This document shows, in pieces, positions 49,050 through 53,993 of a DNA stretch of 53,993 bases. The position numbers and the translations under genes were made by a program. Source of the stretch: a virus (taxonomy: Duplodnaviria > Caudoviricetes); IMG/VR virus record IMGVR_UViG_3300045996_002343, positions 1 through 53,993 of that record; one strand, given 5' to 3'. Under the pieces are notes generated by a model. That model did no database searches and had not been told where the DNA came from. It saw nothing but the letters and a program-made list of their open reading frames with translations. Positions within the stretch are counted from its first letter, which is position 1, and each line of letters starts with the position of its first letter.

Positions 49050-49520
49050 CTACTGGCTGAACTCCCAATCTTCCTTGAACTGCTCTCGTCCTGTGATCCC
49101 CATGATCACCTCTCGTAGGTATCGCGCCCCGATCTGTTGGATCCAGAAGCATGCACTCTCGCGAGCTTCCTTCTCATCTGTCATGTTGTCTTCTTCTTCG
49201 TCGAAGACTTCCTTCATAGACTGGACGATGTCGAGATCCCATCCCTCTAACTCATTGGGGTACCTGACTTGTGCCAGCTCCCGTGCATCCTTGTAGATCT
49301 CGGCGATCCTGGTATCTTCGAGTTCCTCCAGTTCGAAGAGAATCACTTGGTACAGGTGATCCTGAATTTGATCGGCTGTGGCGTCTGTGTAGAAGTGGTG
49401 AGGACTCGGGATGTTAGCCTCTCTCGAAGCAAAGTCCAGCGTCTGCTCGTGCGCCAGCGGTTGAACCCTCAACGCGGCCTGAAGAAATGTGTAGATCAAA
49501 GTTCCCGGTGTTGTGCTCAT
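49050..49520 (-). CDS. Acidic hypothetical protein
   Basis: 156 aa, Asp/Glu-rich. Confidence 0.6.
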   Translation of the reverse strand: MSTTPGTLIYTFLQAALRVQPLAHEQTLDFASREANIPSPHHFYTDATADQIQDHLYQVILFELEELEDTRIAEIYKDARELAQVRYPNELEGWDLDIVQSMKEVFDEEEDNMTDEKEARESACFWIQQIGARYLREVIMGITGREQFKEDWEFSQ

Positions 49521-49586
49521 AACGGTTCTCGTTCTTCCTGTTGTGTGGGGAGCCTAGATCTCTCCAGGCTCCCTTGATGCCTTGCT

Positions 49587-49850
49587 CTACTTGTTGCGCA
49601 GAGCGTTGATCTCTTTCATGAGCTCTTCTGTTTCCAGAACTCCGTAGGTATCCGGATCGGTCCTGAAGCAGAAGGGATCTTCTTCGTGGGAGTTGATCAT
49701 CTCAACGAAGATAGCTTCCCGCTCATCGGAAGTCAGATCTTCACTAAGAATGATCTCTAGTTCTCCCTTCTCGCTGATGTAGTACGTTCCCACTTTACGG
49801 CCACCCATCTTGATGGCTCCCATTGTCAGGTCGTGGAATGTCACTCGCAT
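49587..49850 (-). CDS. Hypothetical early protein
   Basis: AAGGAG RBS. Confidence 0.6.
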   Translation of the reverse strand: MRVTFHDLTMGAIKMGGRKVGTYYISEKGELEIILSEDLTSDEREAIFVEMINSHEEDPFCFRTDPDTYGVLETEELMKEINALRNK

Positions 49851-49854
49851 CCAA

Positions 49855-50223
49855 TTACTCCTTGCTCTCAGAGGCCACCTTATCGAAGACGCCCTTGCGC
49901 TTCAGTGTGTTGTAGACCATCTGATACTTGACGTCCCAGCCATAGAGCTCCTTGAGCTTCTTGGGGATCTCGTTAACTGGGATGTCTTCGTTCCACAGCT
50001 CCATGATCGCCGAGCTCTTGCTTTTCTCACCGTCAGGAGTCGCTTTGTTGATCGTGGCTCCTTTCGCCTTCAACGTAGAGTAGACTGCCTGATATGAGGT
50101 TCCTGTCGCTTCGGCAATCTGGGCGACTGTCTTCCCCTCGGCATTGAGCTCCAGGTATCGTGAGGTGTTCGTTACGCCCTCGGCGTTTCGTGCTGCTCGC
50201 TCGGACAGATTGGACCTTCTCAT
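49855..50223 (-). CDS. Tandem HTH protein (paralog family)
   Basis: EGKTVAQIAEATGTSYQAVYSTL and SKSSAIMELW...YQMVYNTL. Confidence 0.75.
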   Translation of the reverse strand: MRRSNLSERAARNAEGVTNTSRYLELNAEGKTVAQIAEATGTSYQAVYSTLKAKGATINKATPDGEKSKSSAIMELWNEDIPVNEIPKKLKELYGWDVKYQMVYNTLKRKGVFDKVASESKE

Positions 50224-50287
50224 CGTTCTTCTCTTCTTTCCAGGCTTCATGAGCCTTATGCTAGAGAGCATTTGTGCTCTCTATATA

Positions 50288-50325
50288 ATTATATTTCAGA
50301 TCTCTTCGCCCAACTAACTCTTTGG
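50288..50325 (-). promoter_or_regulatory. Early promoter, CCAAAGAGTT-N22-TATAAT
   Basis: Repeated box with an A/T tract upstream. Confidence 0.75.
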
Positions 50326-50371
50326 CCCTTATTTATTTTTATTTCTTTATCAGGGCCTCCGAGCTTGTAAA

Positions 50372-50803
50372 CTACCCCTTCTTGTAGAGCATCTCTGCCT
50401 GCTGAACTACTTCCTCTTCCGAGAGGCTATCCAGATGACGCGTCCATCCCACCTTGGAGATGATGTACTGCTTCGCCCATGCGCTCAGATGTTTCACCTG
50501 GATCTGGTTCCCGTAGACATCTTTGACCCTCCCGACATGAATGGCGATCGGCTCTGCTGCCCATCCGTTCATTTCAGACAGGATGTAGGATGGATCCTGG
50601 CAGCCTCCAGGGACCATCAGCATGGCGCTGCAGATATCCTCCAGCTCCTGATCGTTGAGAGGGGCATACCAGTCGTAGTAGCAGTCGCCTGATGCGCAGA
50701 GGGTTATTGTCAGGAGTTCTTCTCGGCCGCTCGCTGGTTCCTCTCCTTCATAAGCCTTCCAGAACGTAAAGCTACTGCGGGCATCGAATCCTACTGAGTT
50801 CAT
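50372..50803 (-). CDS. Hypothetical protein (paralog of 48535-48984)
   Basis: MLMVPGGCQD vs MFMIPGGYFD. Confidence 0.6.
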   Translation of the reverse strand: MNSVGFDARSSFTFWKAYEGEEPASGREELLTITLCASGDCYYDWYAPLNDQELEDICSAMLMVPGGCQDPSYILSEMNGWAAEPIAIHVGRVKDVYGNQIQVKHLSAWAKQYIISKVGWTRHLDSLSEEEVVQQAEMLYKKG

Positions 50804-50895
50804 CTTATTCTCATCCTTCCTGTTGTCATTGGGATGCGTTGCGACTACATCGCTTCATTGCTTCTTTACTTAGGGCTCTTAATTAACTCGCGCGA

Positions 50896-51294
50896 CTACC
50901 AGGTTTCGTAGTTGTCCATGTTGCGCTTATCTCCCAAAGCGTGCGCGAGGATCCACTTCGCGACACTGCAATGTGTATGGGAGATCCGATCCTTCTCGTC
51001 CGCACCTTCCTCTTCGGGAGCATCTTCCTCCTCTGCTCGTTTACGCGCCCACGTCTCGATTGTCCAGATATTCACCTCTCTCGGTTCGCTCATGTACCAC
51101 AGCGCAGCCAGATGGTACGCGATTGATGTGGCCTCGTAGTCACTCTCAGGACCTTCAACTCCGACGTCGCTCGACATCGTCATGTATGTGTCCGCCTGCT
51201 GAAGTTCGACGTAGTCTTCTGTGAACCCATTAGCGACTGGATCGATCGAACGTGCTGTGTTGACCATCTCTTCGAAGGTTTCTGGTGCTTTCAT
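50896..51294 (-). CDS. Acidic hypothetical protein
   Basis: AAAGGT RBS; abuts the upstream gene. Confidence 0.6.
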   Translation of the reverse strand: MKAPETFEEMVNTARSIDPVANGFTEDYVELQQADTYMTMSSDVGVEGPESDYEATSIAYHLAALWYMSEPREVNIWTIETWARKRAEEEDAPEEEGADEKDRISHTHCSVAKWILAHALGDKRNMDNYETW

Positions 51295-51295
51295 G

Positions 51296-51640
51296 TTACT
51301 TACCTTTCAGGAATTCGGAGGAGATCTGGATCCCCTCGAAGTTATTCGCCACGAGCCTCAGATCGTGTTTGTACTCATCCATGATCTTGACCAACTCGTT
51401 GTCCTCTCCGAACTGTCGGACTAGGATGTCTCGCGCGTTCTGGAGCCTACACAGTACTTCCATTACTGCGTTCTCGTCACTCACCTCCTCCTTGGTGACC
51501 GTTACTTCTCGACCCTTTCGAAGTTCTTCCTGCTCGAGGTACTCTGCCTCCTCCTTGTTATCGGTGTTCGTGGTCTTTGACAACCAATCCACCTTCTCGT
51601 GAGGTCGTGGTTTCGCTGTTACGCTGTAGATGTAGTTCAT
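51296..51640 (-). CDS. Hypothetical early protein
   Basis: GAGGA RBS; first gene after the promoter at 51698-51735. Confidence 0.65.
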   Translation of the reverse strand: MNYIYSVTAKPRPHEKVDWLSKTTNTDNKEEAEYLEQEELRKGREVTVTKEEVSDENAVMEVLCRLQNARDILVRQFGEDNELVKIMDEYKHDLRLVANNFEGIQISSEFLKGK

Positions 51641-51697
51641 GTGTTCCTCTAGGCTCCTGTAGTAATATAAAAGTTTTTTGTTCCTTTTATATAATAA

Positions 51698-51735
51698 ATT
51701 ATACTACAGATCAAAGAGCTCAACTAACTCTTTGG
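51698..51735 (-). promoter_or_regulatory. Early promoter, CCAAAGAGTT-N22-TATAAT
   Basis: Third copy of the box. Confidence 0.75.
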
Positions 51736-52647
51736 TACGTTAAAATTTTTTAACACAACAGCTCGCCAAATCTCTGGCTCTTGCTCCCGGTTTTTCGCGC
51801 AGAACCAATCTCATCAGACATCACTGGAGATAGCTTGCGGGGCTTCCGTACAAGGAATGGGAAGCTACTTCATAGAGGTGGATTAGGAAGGCTAGGCTCG
51901 TCCACATTGACTGGGAAGCCTAATCCCCATTTTGCTATGAGGGCAGGTATGCCGGAACTCCGAGAGGGTACGAAGGTACGGATCTTCCCTATAGCGCTAA
52001 TAGAAATCGTTACTAATACTATTAAGGCTCGCTAGAGGGGCTGGGCTGATGGCTATAGAGAACCGTTATTGTTAGTGGAGGCCCTTTAGCTACAGCAACA
52101 CACACCGAAGATCACTTTGCGCCTGCCGGAGATACTGTAGGTTTGGTGTGCCTAGAAGTACGGATATCACCCTTGGGAGGGGAGAAACAGACCGACCGCG
52201 GCCTCAAAGGCGCCATTGCGTTCTATACGTACCCCACCCGCCTCACTTCCGCTAGTGGTGGGCTCCTCTACTGAAAGGGCGGCCCGAAAGCCCTCTGGCC
52301 CCTTCGCCCTCTAGGCTGCCGGCGCCAATTCCCGATTTACCCGCGCGCCTAAGCGCCCGTGGTCGCCGGAAAGGCCGATTTACCCGTGGACGCAGTGGGT
52401 GGTAAGCTCATGGCGTCTGAGGGTGGGGCCCTGAATCCGTTGAAAATCTGAAAATAGGGGCCTGGCAACATTTGGCGGCCTCTCCGGATTGCCTGAGGAG
52501 AGGCTGAAGTGGAGATATGGAGTTCTGATGGAGTTTTGACTCCCTGGAGTTAGAGAGGCGTCGACACCTCCTATTGTAGCGTGGCGTCACATCTCCAGCC
52601 GCGCACCCGGCCGCGAATAACACGGCTTTTATCCGTGACCTGAAATC

Positions 52648-52999
52648 CGCGAAGCGATTCCCGCGTGAGCGACCTTGTTCGGACTACTCCACAGGAGACC
52701 TTGTTTGGAGGGGGTGGGGGATGATGGGGGTTGGGGGCAACTGGGGGAGGGGGAAAATACCCGCGGAGCGATAACGTGCGAAGCACACCAATGCACGAAG
52801 TGCAGCCGTCGGCACGACATGGAGCACGGCGCAGCGAAACGAAGTGGAGAGTGTCTGCGAAGCCGAATAACGGGGCGATGCGAACCCCGACAAAAATCCG
52901 CGAAGCGAAAATCGATAACCGCGTAGCGACAGCAGCCGATCAAATAACGCCGAAGGCGACATACAGGAACGAAGTGACTGCCACCAGGCCCGCGGAGCG
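52648..52999 (+). other. Array of GNA-triloop DNA mini-hairpins
   Basis: cgcGAAgcg (52648, 52899), cgcGGAgcg (52762, 52991), gtgcGAAgcac (52776), tgcacGAAgtgca (52792), gtcgGCAcgac (52808), cgcGTAgcg (52920), cgccGAAggcg (52948), plus shorter ones. Confidence 0.7.
52710..52753 (+). other. G-quadruplex-forming motif (six G5 runs)
   Basis: GGGGG-T-GGGGG-ATGAT-GGGGG-TT-GGGGG-CAACT-GGGGG-A-GGGGG. Confidence 0.7.
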
Positions 53000-53098
53000 A
53001 AAAACCTACAGCCTATCACCCTCTACAGCGTGGTAGCCGACAAAAATGTAAGCAGACCGACAATGTCAGCCTACCTACATTCTATCACACCCTACCTT

Positions 53099-53224
53099 TC
53101 ATCCTCCCTTCCATTTATCAAACCTCTTACCCCTCTCACCAATCCACCACACTTTCACCTTTACCACTTTCTTAACCACCACTTCACTTCCCCACCACTT
53201 CACACTCTTAATCTTCACACTCAT
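53099..53224 (-). CDS. 41-aa basic Val/Lys/Trp-rich ORF, cytosine-free
   Basis: MSVKIKSVKWWGSEVVVKKVVKVKVWWIGERGKRFDKWKGG with AGGA upstream. Confidence 0.45.
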   Translation of the reverse strand: MSVKIKSVKWWGSEVVVKKVVKVKVWWIGERGKRFDKWKGG

Positions 53225-53296
53225 ACTATCCTAACCTTTCTCCCACCCACCACCCATAAACACTACCTACCTTACAAACCAACCCTCACCTCTATC

Positions 53297-53500
53297 CTAT
53301 TTCTCCTTTCTCTTAATCTCCCCTATCCTCACCAAATTATTATACACCATATTATAACTCACCTCTAACCCTCTCTTATTCATCTCATCCCTTATCTCAC
53401 TAATACTCATATCCTTATCCCACAACTCCTTCATCACACTCACCTTACTAACACCCTTTACCACCTTACCATCCACCAACTCACTTTTTCTCACACTCAT
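53297..53500 (-). CDS. 67-aa HTH-like protein encoded without cytosine
   Basis: AAGGAG-N7-ATG at 53500; SKVSVMKELWDKDMSISEI...YNMVYNNL aligns with the paralogs at 49855 and 44948. Confidence 0.8.
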   Translation of the reverse strand: MSVRKSELVDGKVVKGVSKVSVMKELWDKDMSISEIRDEMNKRGLEVSYNMVYNNLVRIGEIKRKEK

Positions 53501-53538
53501 CTCATATCTCCTTAACTTCAACACTACCCTACACTCAT

Positions 53539-53567
53539 ATAATACCACAACCTATACACCTATACAA
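53539..53567 (-). promoter_or_regulatory. Sigma70-type promoter of the C-free unit
   Basis: TTGTAT, 17 bp, TATTAT with extended -10 TG; A/T-rich upstream. Confidence 0.7.
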
Positions 53568-53685
53568 CCTTTTCAAATAAAAACTTCCCTAATTCTTTTC
53601 TTCATATTTCCAAATGCCATTCTGCAATACACCCGACTACTAACAATCCCATACACCTAACACTCCACCTCATACTAACCTCTCC

Positions 53686-53850
53686 GCATATCATACCCTC
53701 TCCACCGCATACTACCTCTTCACACTCTATCCTCTGCATATCATACTCTACCTACCGCATACTACCTCTACATAATCTCTACAATAACTCAACATCTCTT
53801 CTCCCCATAATCTCTACAATATCTCAACATCCTATCGCCAACTCTCAACA
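53686..53850. repeat. G-poor tandem repeats
   Basis: GCATATCATAC (53686, 53736) and ACCGCATACTACCTCT (53704, 53754) with 50-bp period; CATAATCTCTACAATA (53771, 53806) with 35-bp period. Confidence 0.8.
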
Positions 53851-53866
53851 TTCACGCAACATAATA

Positions 53867-53993
53867 CCTAAAATCACTCTATATTATTATTTGACGTGAC
53901 ACAACTGATGAACAGAAGTTATGTAGACGGCGAATAATAATATACGAGCTGATTTTACGGTATTAACTGAGGGTGGGAGAGACTGTACCCGGC
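53867..53993. repeat. Terminal direct repeat, copy 2
   Basis: Identical to 1-127. Confidence 0.9.

Larger units (their letters stand above)
53070..53615. other. 546-bp tract with no G on the + strand (no C on the - strand)
   Basis: Read base by base: last G at 53069, next G at 53616. Confidence 0.95.
1..53993. mobile_element. Complete tailed phage genome (Caudoviricetes, siphovirus-like, probably virulent)
   Basis: Terminase, portal, protease, MCP, tail tube, tape measure, DNA polymerase and primase are all present. The ends overlap exactly. No host housekeeping genes or integrase seen. Confidence 0.95.

Noticed and set aside
51781-52035. + strand 84-aa ORF
   Set aside because: TTG start without RBS, opposite to the local gene direction, and no motifs.
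52408-53036. Several overlapping ORFs in the GC-rich region
   Set aside because: No RBS or protein-like composition; better explained by hairpins and the G tract.
53030-53368. + strand His/Pro/Thr/Leu-rich ORF of 112 aa
   Set aside because: A G-free strand cannot contain TAG or TGA, so long ORFs arise by chance. The - strand has the promoter, RBS and a protein with paralogs.
53686-53850. Possible CRISPR mini-array
   Set aside because: Only two copies per unit, no regular repeat-spacer pattern, and no cas operon.
53867-53993. 127-bp terminal repeat as a biological DTR
   Set aside because: The length equals a standard assembler k-mer, so it most likely shows circularity only. True ends are unknown.

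Overview
This is very probably a complete, circularly assembled genome of a tailed dsDNA phage (siphovirus-like, 53,866 bp unique). The last 127 bp repeat the first 127 bp. No integrase or tRNA was seen, so it is probably lytic, and the host cannot be determined from sequence alone. The + strand (964-41617) carries: terminase; a lysis cassette and putative spike/minor virion genes placed before the portal; the head module (DUF935-type portal, S49 protease/scaffold, decoration protein, MCP); the tail module; replication/recombination genes (primase-helicase, HNH, RuvC-like, SNF2, PD-(D/E)XK, Sak4-like ATPase, SSB); a 7-deazaguanine DNA-modification cluster (queC, queD, queE, folE, ParB-like, DUF1599-like, divergent TGT-fold DpdA candidate) abutting a UDG-fused family A polymerase; and thyX. 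The - strand (41664-51640) carries about 25 small putative early genes behind repeated promoters. The most striking signal lies in the ~3 kb mostly non-coding region across the junction: 546 bp (53070-53615) with no G at all on the + strand. It holds a promoter, an HTH gene and a small ORF whose mRNA contains no cytosine and whose template strand has no modifiable guanine. Next to it are an array of GNA-triloop DNA mini-hairpins, a six-run G5 tract and a long palindrome that has a twin upstream of the primase. All functional calls come from motif recognition by eye; no searches were run.
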